A stretch of 64,000 bases of DNA, from contig JAHDYR010000041.1 in the NCBI GenBank assembly GCA_019828565.1, positions 1 through 64,000 of the forward strand, written 5' to 3'. The stretch comes from Carpediemonas membranifera BICM (Eukaryota > Protista > Fornicata). The translations under genes were made by a program, and so were the position numbers. The notes under the pieces were generated by a model. It saw nothing but the letters and a program-made list of their open reading frames with translations, was not told the DNA's origin and did not search any database. Below are positions 22,224-33,902 of the stretch, in pieces (position 1 is the stretch's first letter; every line of letters begins with the position of its first letter).

Positions 22224-22832
22224 ATGAACGACAGAGAGAAAGAAGACCAAATCCTCATAGAGGAAATCGAAACTGCCGCAAAACAGTTTCCGCCTATGTA
22301 CACTGCACATTTCCAACGCGAAACCGAACAAGTACTGCACAACAGCACTCAACATGTCTATCCCTTGGAAACAGCTAACAAAACAAGCCTCAAGAACTGG
22401 TACTTCTCATGGATGACACAAGACAACACCGCGACAGACGACTTCGCTCTGCAACTCGCTCAGAAACTAACAGAAGGCACGATTACGGTCCGCGCAACAG
22501 CACTGCTCAATGGCGGACCATGGACGACAATGTACCACTGCGAAATACACTCTGCAAGCCGCATCTCAGGGAAGATGCTCGCAAAAACAGTCAGAAAAGT
22601 CGCAAGAAACAACCCGGTGATAACATCAGTGACTACGGCATACAAGACGCCACAGTTCTACGACTACCGCATAACTGAACCATATGCCCACAAACACAAC
22701 GACAAATCAATTCTCATGACAGTCGAAGGCACGAGGGCCATATACTCAGAAAAAGCAGTCGTCGAAGAAGAAGAAGACACAAGACAACTAGAGGTGACAC
22801 AAGAAGGTCATGGATTTAATTTGCATAAATAA
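22224..22832 (+). CDS. Viral hypothetical protein (202 aa), divergent copy 2
   Basis: Many substitutions over the first ~160 aa; identical C-terminus. Confidence 0.85.
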   Translation: MNDREKEDQILIEEIETAAKQFPPMYTAHFQRETEQVLHNSTQHVYPLETANKTSLKNWYFSWMTQDNTATDDFALQLAQKLTEGTITVRATALLNGGPWTTMYHCEIHSASRISGKMLAKTVRKVARNNPVITSVTTAYKTPQFYDYRITEPYAHKHNDKSILMTVEGTRAIYSEKAVVEEEEDTRQLEVTQEGHGFNLHK

Positions 22833-23763
22833 TGGTAATACCAATACCAGGGGTTTGGACAGTATCGCCGTCTGGGACGACCATAGGCAGAAACGCCTTG
22901 TAACGATCAACAGAAAAAGGATCTGTTGTCTTCTCAATCAAATGCAGGTTGCCCGCATTGGGAGTGCCAACTACCTTCCATTCAAGATCATAGGGGGCAA
23001 CAAACAAGCACTCGGGACTAATGCCAGGAGAAGGAGAATGCTGCTTCTCCAAAGGCATCAACATAGGATCCCAAGACGGCGTACCAGGGGGAAGAGAGCT
23101 ACCCTCCGTATCCAACTGCACACGGAGGTCAGACGGAATAGAATAGGTATCAACAAACAGCACACAGGGAGATGACTTAGAAGTCAACTCTTGACCTGGG
23201 AGCCTATAGCGCTGAAGCTGAATCAAGTTCACGCCAGACTCATAGTTGATAGCAACCGAGAGAGACGACGACCCGTCGTCATGGGTAACAACACGAGAAA
23301 CACACGGATGGCGATCAATCAAATGCAACTGAGTTGCCTTTCTACCGACAGGGAAATCGTTCGTTGGACGCGGCTGGAAGGTGGACCCAGTCCACCCACC
23401 ATCACCATCAACTACGCGAATACCAGCGAGAGAAGAAGATTCTTCCAGAGCAGAAACAATTTCCTGCTCGACTGCGCCCGGCTCAAGAAAAGCCGAGCCA
23501 GAAGCAGTCTCCATCAAACCAACATTCATAAAGCCGTTAACGACGAACACTCCAAAACAAAAGCCTTGATCACACTGCTCATCCGGCGTAATCGGATCGC
23601 CGGAAGCATTACACATACGAGCATAACCAGAGCAGGAAGTAAGCGTCTTCACCTTCTGACCATAACTATGCATATCATCGTAACGAACACCAACAGTAGC
23701 ATGCTCACCAAATCGCAAAACATGCTCATTGTAAGCCGACAACGCGTTCGACGGATAACTCAT
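22816..23763 (-). CDS. Viral 330-aa protein copy 2 (315 aa; 45-nt in-frame deletion)
   Basis: Alignment to 16402-17394. Confidence 0.8.
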   Translation of the reverse strand: MSYPSNALSAYNEHVLRFGEHATVGVRYDDMHSYGQKVKTLTSCSGYARMCNASGDPITPDEQCDQGFCFGVFVVNGFMNVGLMETASGSAFLEPGAVEQEIVSALEESSSLAGIRVVDGDGGWTGSTFQPRPTNDFPVGRKATQLHLIDRHPCVSRVVTHDDGSSSLSVAINYESGVNLIQLQRYRLPGQELTSKSSPCVLFVDTYSIPSDLRVQLDTEGSSLPPGTPSWDPMLMPLEKQHSPSPGISPECLFVAPYDLEWKVVGTPNAGNLHLIEKTTDPFSVDRYKAFLPMVVPDGDTVQTPGIGITIIYAN

Positions 23764-23781
23764 TAACAGAACAGATCAAGT

Positions 23782-24576
23782 TTATGTAGAAGGGGACAGA
23801 TAGGACGCAATCGTCTTCTCTGCAGAAGGCATCGAAAACTCAACAGTATACTCGATCCAAAAACGACCGAGCAGATCGGGGGTAGGACGGGTAGCAGAGC
23901 TAGCATAAACAAACTGACCGTTATCAGTACCACGGTCAGGAGCATTCGTAAACTGAGGGTTAGTAGACTTGCTGGAGGAGCGAACCGGTACGGGCAAGGA
24001 CCAAGAAGACCAGCAAGGACCGGAGGCAGAACATTCGTTCTGCAACATACGAGTGGGATCAACAGGAACGGGCTCCAGAGGATTGGGCTCCCACATAATA
24101 GTGATAGTGCCAGCGCCCTGAGGAGATTCCTCGGGCTGATAGACAAGGTGAGCAGATACGATCTTGTAACGATCGAAGTTCTTGCTCAGCGCATCGAGGC
24201 GGTTAAACACATTTCCAACGGTAAAAGGGTGATGACCCATGCCAGACCTATAAATGCCGCCAGCCTGAGTAATGGCGGCATCCTGGATCTGATAACGACT
24301 ATCGCGGTAAATCCGATAGTCAACAGCAGGGTGAACAGCCGGGTCTGTACGAGCAGTCACGGGAAAGAGAACCTCGCGGAAGGTCATGCGGAGACGGCCG
24401 TTACTCCGGGGCGAGATGATCTTCGTCTTGCGATACACGGACCGACGAAAGGGAAAACGACGCGAACTAGTAGCCCGCTTACGCGATGTACGGCGAGGAC
24501 GACGAGTGAAACCACGACGGGTTCGGCGAGGCCGACGGCTAGACCGACGGCGATTTCTTCTAGCTCCATATGCCAT
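23782..24576 (-). CDS. cap: Capsid protein copy 2
   Basis: As copy 1, with two visible amino-acid changes. Confidence 0.88.
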   Translation of the reverse strand: MAYGARRNRRRSSRRPRRTRRGFTRRPRRTSRKRATSSRRFPFRRSVYRKTKIISPRSNGRLRMTFREVLFPVTARTDPAVHPAVDYRIYRDSRYQIQDAAITQAGGIYRSGMGHHPFTVGNVFNRLDALSKNFDRYKIVSAHLVYQPEESPQGAGTITIMWEPNPLEPVPVDPTRMLQNECSASGPCWSSWSLPVPVRSSSKSTNPQFTNAPDRGTDNGQFVYASSATRPTPDLLGRFWIEYTVEFSMPSAEKTIASYLSPST

Positions 24577-24583
24577 ATTTATG

Positions 24584-25141
24584 TCAATATTTACGCCAAC
24601 GGTAGACCCGCCGAGACTGGCGATATCCACGAGAATTATAATATCTACGATAACGAGGTCGCCACATAGGAGTGCGCCCAAAATTGCGTGGCTTGTACCA
24701 ACGGGCACCGCGATGGGTGAAAAACTTGGAATGCCAAGTAGGACGGAAGGGGCGACGCTCAGACTTCTGCGCGCGAGCCTGCTTGAAGTCTGAATACCGC
24801 GAGATCGCGCGAGGGGCGCGATCTGGCTGATGAGAGCGTTTCGACTTCTTAAAGTCGGAAACCTTGTAAGACAAAGAAAACTTGTCTGGGCGAAGAGCCT
24901 CATACTCATCCAACCGACGATAACGAAGATAATCCTTCAATATCGCCTTCTGGTTAGGATTACGCATGCTAGATATCACCACGGCCGCATAATCATGCGA
25001 GCCAGGTCCAATAGAATCGCCGTACGGGGCAAGCCCGCCGGCCGACTTCTTATTGGAAAGATAATCGATTACGTCACCACGTAAATCGGAGTCACTGACA
25101 TACGAACGCACAAAAGCATCCCAATCAACGTCAGACGACAT
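24584..25141 (-). pseudogene. PLA2-like protein copy 3 with a ~903-nt in-frame internal deletion
   Basis: 185 vs 486 aa; the junction lies at an ATCACC microhomology near 24975-24980. Confidence 0.85.
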
Positions 25142-25258
25142 CGCGCAGCAAAAAACAACAAATAAGCGCCAGGTGCACTACAGCGCACCCTGACGCTCCT
25201 CTACCGAGAGGAATTGACCAAAAAAAAAACCCGGAGCTTAAAATGCCGGGGCCAGGGG

Positions 25259-25358
25259 GCCAATTCCCGCTAGTAATATTAAGGGCGCATTTCAGCACAC
25301 GACAGTTTAAGGTAAACTTAAACTGCGCGCGCTTCGCGCCCTTCTAGCGGGAATTGGC
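25259..25358 (-). promoter_or_regulatory. Viral origin 3 (nonamer 25273-25281)
   Basis: Same hairpin as origins 1 and 2. Confidence 0.85.
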
Positions 25359-25435
25359 TACTCATTTGAATCATTCAAAATGAGATGGATTGCAAATCCT
25401 GGATCGAGATTTGCGCAGTTTTGGGTGGGTCAGAA

Positions 25436-26326
25436 ATGCAAGCGAAGACGTGGTTTCTAACATACCCGCGTTGGAACGCGGATAGTCCTACAGAGTTCAA
25501 TGAAATCATGCAAGGCATCACTCTCTTACTTGACAAAGAATTTAACAGAGAATACGTCGCTTACGTCATCGCTCGAGAGAAACACCACGACCCCGAAGAC
25601 TCCGACGAATCGTGTAACTTGCACTATCACATCTTCCTGAAACTTGACAACAAAATAAGATGGAACGCAAAGACATCACCTCATGCATGGGATCTATGGG
25701 GCAATCACCCAAACGTGCAAACGTGTAGATCGCCCGACGCAGTCGTGAAATACTGCAAGAAGGAGGGGGATTACGAAGCCGACGGGGTTAACCTAGAGAA
25801 CCGAGCCAAGAAGCGAAAGGCATATAATCTCGAGATGTTCACCAGAGACCCGCTGGATCTGGTGAAAGAGGGCCTAGTTAACCCAGCACAATACCTTAAC
25901 TGTGTTAAGGCGCAGGCTCACTACAAGCTACACGCAGAGCCCCAGACTCACGCAGAAGGCACCCGAGGCGTCTGGATCTGGGGCGAACCAGGAGTTGGAA
26001 AGTCGCACGCCGCAAGACACGAATACGGCGAAAGCATCTTCGTTAAGGCTCAGAATAAGTGGTGGGACGGCTACAAGGGCGAAACGGTAATCATTCTAGA
26101 TGACCTAGACACGCCTGTGCTGAACCACTACCTGAAAATCTGGGCAGATAGATGGGCTTGCTCCGGTGAAGTGAAAGGCTCGACTGTGCCACTCAGGCAC
26201 GAGACGTTCATCGTCACGTCAAACTATCCGATTGAGCACTTCACAGACGGGGACAATGCAATGAGAGAGGCGCTGGTGAGGAGATTCAAGGTGAGACACC
26301 TACAGAAGATGAAAGAGAGAATGTAA
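25436..26326 (+). CDS. rep: CRESS Rep copy 3 (intact, slightly diverged)
   Basis: All motifs present; YCKK and LVRRF variants. Confidence 0.96.
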   Translation: MQAKTWFLTYPRWNADSPTEFNEIMQGITLLLDKEFNREYVAYVIAREKHHDPEDSDESCNLHYHIFLKLDNKIRWNAKTSPHAWDLWGNHPNVQTCRSPDAVVKYCKKEGDYEADGVNLENRAKKRKAYNLEMFTRDPLDLVKEGLVNPAQYLNCVKAQAHYKLHAEPQTHAEGTRGVWIWGEPGVGKSHAARHEYGESIFVKAQNKWWDGYKGETVIILDDLDTPVLNHYLKIWADRWACSGEVKGSTVPLRHETFIVTSNYPIEHFTDGDNAMREALVRRFKVRHLQKMKERM

Positions 26327-26724
26327 AGACTAACGAACAATTTAAGCAATCGAAGATTGGCCTGATATTGGCTAGAGCAGAAGGTATAATAGCCGAGGGG
26401 GTTGACGCGTATAGCGCAACAATGAGGGAAAAGCGTGGGTTCAAGTGAGAAAAAGAACACCACGTGCTATCAAAAAAAGACTTGGGTTCGAGCCCAAGAC
26501 AGATAGGAGAAATGCCACCCGGCTTCGCCGGGCGGACTTTGGGAAATCCGTATAGTAAATCATATCTAGATAAATCTAGTAGATTTCCTGGATACGGTGG
26601 TCAGCTAGATTTAAGAAAAATCTTGACCAAAGTGATTTGATATAATCAAAATGAGACGATTCGCAATCTCGACACCGTCGACACCGCGATCTCGCAAAAC
26701 CCGCAGGGCCATAAGCACCAAGAA

Positions 26725-27342
26725 ATGGTTTGTGTGCCGATAATGCCCTGCGAGGGCTAGAAGGTATCTAAAACGGTCTTATATAGGTTCAACAAGCTCA
26801 CATCGAGTCCTCTACTTCCGTCGCCGAGGTACGTTACACTTAGACCGTTCACACAGACTATCGAAACTCCGCAGCTTAGCGTCGAACAACTTCCGTATCT
26901 AACTCCTCACAACAGCACTCTGGAGGGACAGCAGCTCCTAAGCGATGATTCCATCTTCTCGACGCCGCCGGAGGCCGATTTCTATGAATCCTGGGGTGCC
27001 CCGGAGACGCCGAACCTCGCAAGAGTCAGACGGCATCTTTTTCTCCCGACAACCATAGAGTCGGACGACGATGACCTGTTCGTTCATCCAGAGCCGGAGG
27101 GGGACGACACGGAGATGGGGTGGATGCCGGAGTACGACGAAGATGAGGTGTGGGAGAAGTATGTAGCGATCTGCGAGACAGTTGGAGTCATATGGCCTCG
27201 CATCGAGGTGATCGAGAGATGGAAGGAGGAGGAGCCGGAGGGCGAGGAGGAGCTGAGACGCTTCCTCTGGAGCTGGTTCACTGACGACCAGCTCAAGAAC
27301 GTGCCCTCTTACCTGAGAGAGCACGAGTTCGATGAATTTTAA
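26725..27342 (+). CDS. Viral acidic protein, divergent allele: join(26725-26727,26787-26828,26857-27342)
   Basis: 59-nt GTTTGT..TAG and 28-nt GTACGT..CAG introns give a full open frame homologous to copy 1. Confidence 0.8.
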
Positions 27343-27583
27343 ATATTCTGAGTAGTTTAGTTGTTTCGGGCCTCCGACTGCCCAGTAAAACTGGGACGGC
27401 CCTTATATTTTCAGCTTTTCATTGCATTCCCGGCGTTCGCTACGTACCTCCGCTCAGGCTTTCGCCGGCTATCTTACGCGCTACCGCGCGCGCTGCTGCG
27501 CGAGCTATTTAAATGGGGCCCCTCCCCCATTTATGGGGTTTCCGAATTAACGTAAACAGTCGTGTTCACATTTAAGTGCAATC

Positions 27584-28933
27584 CAGTATCCATCGAAAAC
27601 TCGATCTACTTCAAGGACGGAGTGCCGATTATCCCCAAGGGAGAGACACGCGACAAGGCCCTTCGGACCGCTCACCAATTTCATACGGGAGCAAATTCAA
27701 CGTTCCAAGCACTCGCCACGTCTGCATTTTGGCCGGGGATGCTCTTGGACGTCAAAAAGCACATCAAGACGTGCCCCATTTGTCTGAAGACTCGCATCAA
27801 GGACTACTTTATCGCCCAAAAGGGCCAGACAAGACGCACCAGACCATGGGAGACAGTGGCAGTCGACACAATTGGCCCTCTCCCAACGGATTCGCTGGGC
27901 GCTCGCTACATCATTGTGGCTGTAGACATGTTTACAAGATACACCGAGCTCGTCGCAGTCGCATCGATCGACGCCGAGACCTCCGCCAGGGCCCTATGGG
28001 ACCACGTTTTCACGCGACACGGGATACCGGCGGAGATTCTGTCCGACGGCGGCCCGGAGTACGCGAACTCGATAGTTGAACAACTCACAACGTCATTGAA
28101 AGTCGCACACCACTTCACCATCCCGTTTCATCCACAGAGCAATGGTCTCGTGGAGAGAAGGAATGCGGAGATTGGAAGACACCTACGGTGGCTTGTCCTG
28201 GCAATAGCCTACAAAGACCAGTGGTGCGGACTCCTACCGACGGTCCAGATGATTATCAACGGCACGACACATACGGCCACGAAGTTCTCCCCGCACGAGC
28301 TGATATTTGGCCATGAGCACAACATGTTTACAAGCTGGTGGACGAACGACAACAACTCTCCGATCAGAGATTTCCCAGAGTTCAAAAAGGACCTGGAGCT
28401 GGCCCTTAACGCCCTGGAGACCACTGCCAGAGAGAGTGTGGGCCCGGGCCAAAAGACAATAGTCAACACCGAACTGAAGCCGGGTGACTACGTCCTCTGG
28501 AAAGATGAGGCCCCTCAGAAGCTAGACGCGCGCAACAGGGGCCCATGGAAGGTACACGATGTACTTGATAATAACAGAATAGTCCTGCAGTCGATACTCG
28601 ACGGATCGACCAGATCAACCCACATTGAAAAACTCATGATGTTCGACACGGATGCCGTAACGGACACGATGATGCTTCAACTTGCAAGCTTCGACCAGAA
28701 AAAATGGGAGGTAGAGCGAGTAGTATCGGTAGACTGGAAAGAAGGGACAGCCGCCATCAAGTGGGTAGGATTCGAAAACATAACGGAAGAACCACTCTCG
28801 GGAGTGAAACACCTCGAGGAGATGAAGAGGTTGGCCCGTAAGGCGAGGAAGAACCTGAAACTCTACTAACCATCTTTTTCCCCCGTTCCTTGCAGGTTGG
28901 GGGTTTTCTCATCAAAAAGGGAGGTAGTGTCAC
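27584..28933 (+). mobile_element. Ty3/gypsy (chromovirus-like) 3' fragment: integrase + chromo-like domain, PPT and LTR start
   Basis: HxxxH...CPIC zinc finger; VAVDTIGP, ILSDGGPEY and SNGLVERRN (DDE); GPW; WEVERV..IKWVGF. Stop at 28869, PPT aaaaagggagg ~28914-28924, TGTCAC at 28928. Confidence 0.9.
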
Positions 28934-29382
28934 CGGTCTATAAACTGCTCCGTCCAGTTTTGACCACTTTTACCCCGCTGCGGTTTACTGTAAATGATTT
29001 CAACCGACAGCCAGGCTTCCTCTGGATTCCTTTCCATCCATCTGGTGTCACCGACCTTGAGCGTAAGCTTCTCTTTGTGTAGTATCGTCTGGGAGAGGCT
29101 GGATAGCGATACTGAAATACCGAACTTCAGCTGCACGACAGTGGCTATGTCGCTAAGCCGAGCAGCCGGATTCTGGAGAACATAGTCACGTACATACTTC
29201 GTCACTTCTGGGCTCATCTTGGTAGCTGATCTCACTCTCTTTCCAGAGCATTTCGCTCTATTGGCCTTGATATCATAGATGACATTGCGGCAACGGCCCG
29301 TTACGCGTGCAATGTTTGCTATAGACATTTCACTTCCGAGAAGTGTTGCTATGTTCAGTCTCTCTGAATCAGTTACGACCAT
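28930..29382 (-). mobile_element. IS630/Tc1-like transposase N-terminal HTH fragment
   Basis: MSIANIARVTGRCRNVIY and VLQNPAARLSDIA...FGISVSLSSLSQTIL...LTLK resemble tandem HTHs; DDE domain missing. Confidence 0.65.
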
Positions 29383-29455
29383 TCACTCTCTTCAATTTGT
29401 GAGCAGAACTTTGAATGAATCAAAACCAATTGTTCATTTTTACGCTGAAAGAGCA

Positions 29456-32400
29456 ATATGTAATAATATATAACCATAGAACGAACAAAAGCATGTCCAA
29501 AGCATTGGAATTCACGCCAGAGGTCCCTCTGGAGCTGCTCGAAGACCTTGTCTATGAGGCAGCAGCCTACGTCTTCGACCCGGAGCCTCACCGCCACGTC
29601 CTCGACACGGATGCGCTTCGTGTTGTAGTTTCGGAGCCCTCGGCCAAGCATATCCGTTCCGTGAGGGTTTATGTTGGCCAGAGCAACAAGCACGAGCTTG
29701 CCATGCGCTTTAACGAGCCGAAGGACGGCAGAGCTGCCACACTCTCCCACGTGTTTGGCAAGCAGAAGGAGCAGTTCAAGCGCTCTGTCGCTTGCGTTGC
29801 GATCATGATAGTGTGCATTCCTGTTGTCACTCACAATTGCGAAACTCGCTCTCTGTTCCATAACCTGCACATCGGATTTGAACGATGACGACAGCCAACA
29901 GTGGATCGCATTTGAGCATCTTGCGGCTCTATACACCACTATAAAGCGTGGTAAGATAGAGACCGCAAGTCAATGCATCAACATGATCGAGGATTCCTGT
30001 GTGGAACGATTTGTGATGTTCTGGCTAACTACAGAGAACGCGGCGACGATTTACAACGAGAAAACGGCTGCTCTGCAGGAGAGCTATGGAGACGGAGTTG
30101 TGCGGTGCTCGGGTACGGACAGCATCACGAGAACAATATCATCTTCCTCTCGTGGTGTCGAGCATGTATCGAGCATTGAGCGAGCATCAAGCGTCATGCA
30201 GCGTCACTTGGAGTTCCTGCATTGGGGCAAGATCGCCCTTTCCTGTAGCGGCAGGACGCTAGCTGACTTTGCGACTCAGCACTTCCCCTTCCGTGTCTCT
30301 GATATTGAACGCAAGATTGTCTTCGTGGTGATGGTCACCGTTCCCAATGAGTTCATGGTTTGGTATAAGGCGCTTGTTGACGAGAAGATCGATGAAGAAG
30401 AGTTTACCTACTACATCATTTATCGTCTTAACTCCAGCGCGAAGGATCACATGGTTGTTAATGCCCTAACCTTCAAATATGAATGATCAGAGAGAGTGAT
30501 GTGGTTAAATGGATTGCAAATGAGTCTTTTTAATGTCTCACCACCTGTTTGGGCCTCAGCGCTGTCGTTCAGGCCAATCCACGTTTGTGGATCCGTGCAG
30601 TTTATGGCTTATCGACCGGACATCTCCTGAACTGAGCGCCAGGGGGCGGAGGTGGCGTTGGCGTGGGGCGTGGAGGCGCTGGGGGCGGGGGTGGCGTTGA
30701 TATTGGGCAATTACATAAAGTGCACGGTGCTTGGAATTTCATTCCAACCTCAAAATGGCGGGAAAGCATTATTGGAAGGAACTAGTGGCAGCTATGCGGT
30801 TCTTTATACTGCAAAAGCAACCAGCTGTCGTCAAAAGCGCGCCATCTACCATCAATAACCAACATCTGCGTTGCACTCAGGCCATAAGCACCAAGAAATG
30901 GTTTGTTAACCGATAATGCCCTGCGAGGGCTAGGAGGTATCAGAAAGTGTTTTACACAGGTACAAGACGTTCACATTCAGTTCTCTCCTTCGTCTGACGA
31001 AGTAAGTACCACTTGGCAAATTCTTACATAGGTTCAGCATGAGCAGTTTAGGGTCGAGGACCTCCCAGTTATCCGTCCTCACGCCGAAAGTCCGGAGGGG
31101 CAGCAGCTCCCGTCCGACGACTCCTTGTTCTCGACCCCGCCGGAGGCGAGCGTATACGACCAGTGGACCGCCCCGTCCACTCCGGACCTCACACGGGTGC
31201 GCCGGGAGCTCTTTCTACCGTCTGTAGAAAGCGACGATGATGACACGTTCATCGTGCCAGAGCCTGAGGGCGACGACGTCGATATGGAGTGGAACCCCGG
31301 TTACACATCCGACGAGGTTTGGGAGAAATATCAGAGAAAACCAGAGAATCTACGCAAAAACAGTGGAGTACCATCAGAGAACTACTAGACAGCTACCTGA
31401 TCAAGGAAGGAAACGCCCGGACCTTACTACTGCGCAGAAGTGACGACTTTTCCGAAAAGTCCTTCGGCGCAAGCTCCACAGCCCGCAAGGAAGTACTAAC
31501 CAACGTCAGAAGGATCCTCACAGCCTCAGGAGTGACCGACAACAGGGACACCATCCTCAGACATCCGAACGGCATCCACGGGCTTCGCGACCTCTTCATC
31601 ATGGTAACAGAGGCCCTAGACCCCCAGAGAAGCAGAGATTCAGCGCATCGCCAGCTCTAACGAGCCCACATCAGTGAGACCAGGGCACAAGGACATGGCC
31701 AGATGGCCCAAGGAGCAGTCCATCGAACAAGCAGTCCTGCAACCCAGAGGCCAGAACCCCATTCAGTGGGACAACGTCAGAGACAGCGTCGAAAACAGAG
31801 AGACTGGCATGTACTCGGTCATCACAGGGACAGCAGAGGATGAAGCCCCCGAGTGCCTCAGCGGCGAGCAAGTGTGGGACCCGTCCAACAGAGGACCCAT
31901 CACCAGAGTAGCCATAGAGCAAGAGGATGGCACCTTCAGAGTTCTACTGGACCTGGAAGACACGGAGGCATGGCCCATCACCAGGTACATGGAAGAGGCA
32001 AGAGACATCCTGAGACTGCAGGCACCATAGGCACCAGTGGTGTGGCAAGCGGCATGGAATAGCTCAGGAGTAGACACCAGCGGCCGTAGCGGTATCCGGA
32101 AGCGAGGGGAAGAGACGCCGCTCAGTGGCAAGCCGCAGTTTGCAGTAGTCAGAGCCGAAATCATCGGAGCAGAGATCAGCCGTGACAAGAGAGCCGAACA
32201 TGCCTCCCAGGAGGACAGGTCTGCTAGCACGGACATCGACAGCGACGTAGAGATGACGAGGCCGGACAGTATCTGTGGTAGCCAAGCCCCGGCAACCCCA
32301 GCGTCTCAGAGGATGAACAGAGTCAGCGCCAACAAGAGAACCACAAGGACCCCCAAGCGGCTGGTGCTGGGGGCGAGGCATCAGGCAAGCGTACTCAGCT

Positions 32401-32529
32401 TCCTATAGACAGTGCGAACAGAGACAAGGAGGTGCCGCCGAGGATTAGCCTGGAAGACATCGTCCAAGAGCATATCAGAGACCAGCAGGAGACCAGAAGG
32501 ATGGCTGATGAGGGGAGGAGCCAGCCCGA
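29456..32529 (+). repeat. ~3.07-kb composite segmental duplication, copy 1 (copy 2 at 36447-39519)
   Basis: Near-identical sequence and ORFs; includes unknown ORFs (29493-30486), a viral gene fragment and a purine-rich ORF fragment. Confidence 0.95.
30898..31331 (+). pseudogene. Third allele of the viral acidic gene, 3'-truncated (duplicate at ~37890-38322)
   Basis: ATG, 59-nt intron 30901-30959, 42-nt exon, 30-nt GTAAGT..TAG intron 31002-31031, then RVEDL...STPPE...WNPGYTSDEVWEKY. Confidence 0.85.
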
Positions 32530-33902
32530 TGTAGCGTTGATGCTGATCTCCATGAGATGCTCGATGTCCTTGCACGCCGTTTGCTTTCCCCTGATCATGA
32601 GTTTAACGCTGATCTTGCGGACTCACTGGCCAATCTCATGGATCACTACGTCGAACGTGCTCCAGGTGTCGATACCGCGTACGACGAGGATATGATGGAG
32701 AATCGTTCCCATTATAGAGTTGTTTCCCGCGGCCTTGCCCGCCCTGTTCACCGAGGGCCGGACATATTATTGTAGGATCGCCGATGGGTATCCAGCTCGA
32801 GGTGTAGCTATTGGGATGGCTATGTGCGAGGCGCCTCATTCCCGTGTGAATCTTATTCATCCGAGGTTGATTTTTTTTCGCAGGGCAGAAGGGACGGCAA
32901 GGCAGCGTAGGGCCGCACACAGGGCCCAAATCAAGTCAACTCCGCCGGTTGCCAAGACAAGGTCGAAGGCCGCCAAGGAGAGGAGACTGCTCTGCGACCC
33001 CAAGCCGACGAACCTCACGTCGACCGAGGCAACTGGCCTGACCAAATGGGTCGAGAGTCTCGAAACGCACGGTGATGACACTCTCGCAGTTCGGGCCGAG
33101 TTGCAGAGATTGCAGAGACGGGGCACAACTCAGCGGGCCCACATCGCCATCACCGCCGTGCGCCAGAGTTTGCATCAGCCCGCTCAGGTGGGGGTCCATT
33201 ACACCGACCAAGTGGCCCCTGCCCGTCGCCGTCGCCGCCCGCGGCAGGCTGACCGCCAGCCTGGTGACGGACCAGCCGCAGCTGTGCAGCAGGGTTCCGG
33301 AAACACCACACATGGAGACGGCGAGGAGGTATGTCATTTGGCGACGCCGACGATACGATATCGGAGGGTACCGTGCCTACAGCCCTGCCTCTGATGCCGG
33401 ACCTGCGAACCCCGTACAAGACAACACCTCACTCGGTTGGGATGACGGGTTTGGGTTCGACCGTGGTTTTGATTCGCCCGAACACCAGGATATCTTGACC
33501 CCAATCCCCGTCCGCCTGCATCGTGCCGAGGATCAGCATGTCTCGGAGGCGGGTCGTGCCGAGCGACAGCCTGCCCGGAACAGACGTGGCCCCAACCGCC
33601 GCATTGTTGAAGAAGAAGCCGCACTTGGAAAGTGAGACAGAAACGAGAGAAGAAATGGACCCCGACGCATATGTCACGATTTGCTGTTTTAACTCAATGT
33701 AAGGGAAGACGGATGGGGAGAAGTTGCACTTGCGCATTTACCTGTAGGTCCAATAGACAATTTATATCGCGCTAATAGAAACCGCGCAAGCCGCTTAAGC
33801 CAAGCATCCGGCCATCGCGAACCTCCTCCGTTCCTTTCCGCGTGGAACGATGAACAGCCCCGCATCCTTGGCGATAATGCGCGAGTTCTTCAGCTGCTCG
33901 GC

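Larger units (their letters stand above)
11967..27583. mobile_element. Endogenous CRESS-DNA (crucivirus-like) virus, head-to-tail concatemer of ~2.5 genomes
   Basis: Three origins (nonamers at 13384, 19801, 25273; spacing 6417 and 5472 bp), three Reps, two capsid genes and conserved six-gene ambisense order. Confidence 0.95.

Noticed and set aside
12164-25084. Antisense/overlapping ORFs in the viral units and opposite RPL4, Ran and RUVBL2
   Set aside because: Shadow frames of real genes; lengths vary between copies and no motifs are present.
11967-27583. Helitron or plasmid-type rolling-circle element
   Set aside because: Rep has an SF3 (not PIF1) helicase and is accompanied by a capsid gene and a viral nonamer.
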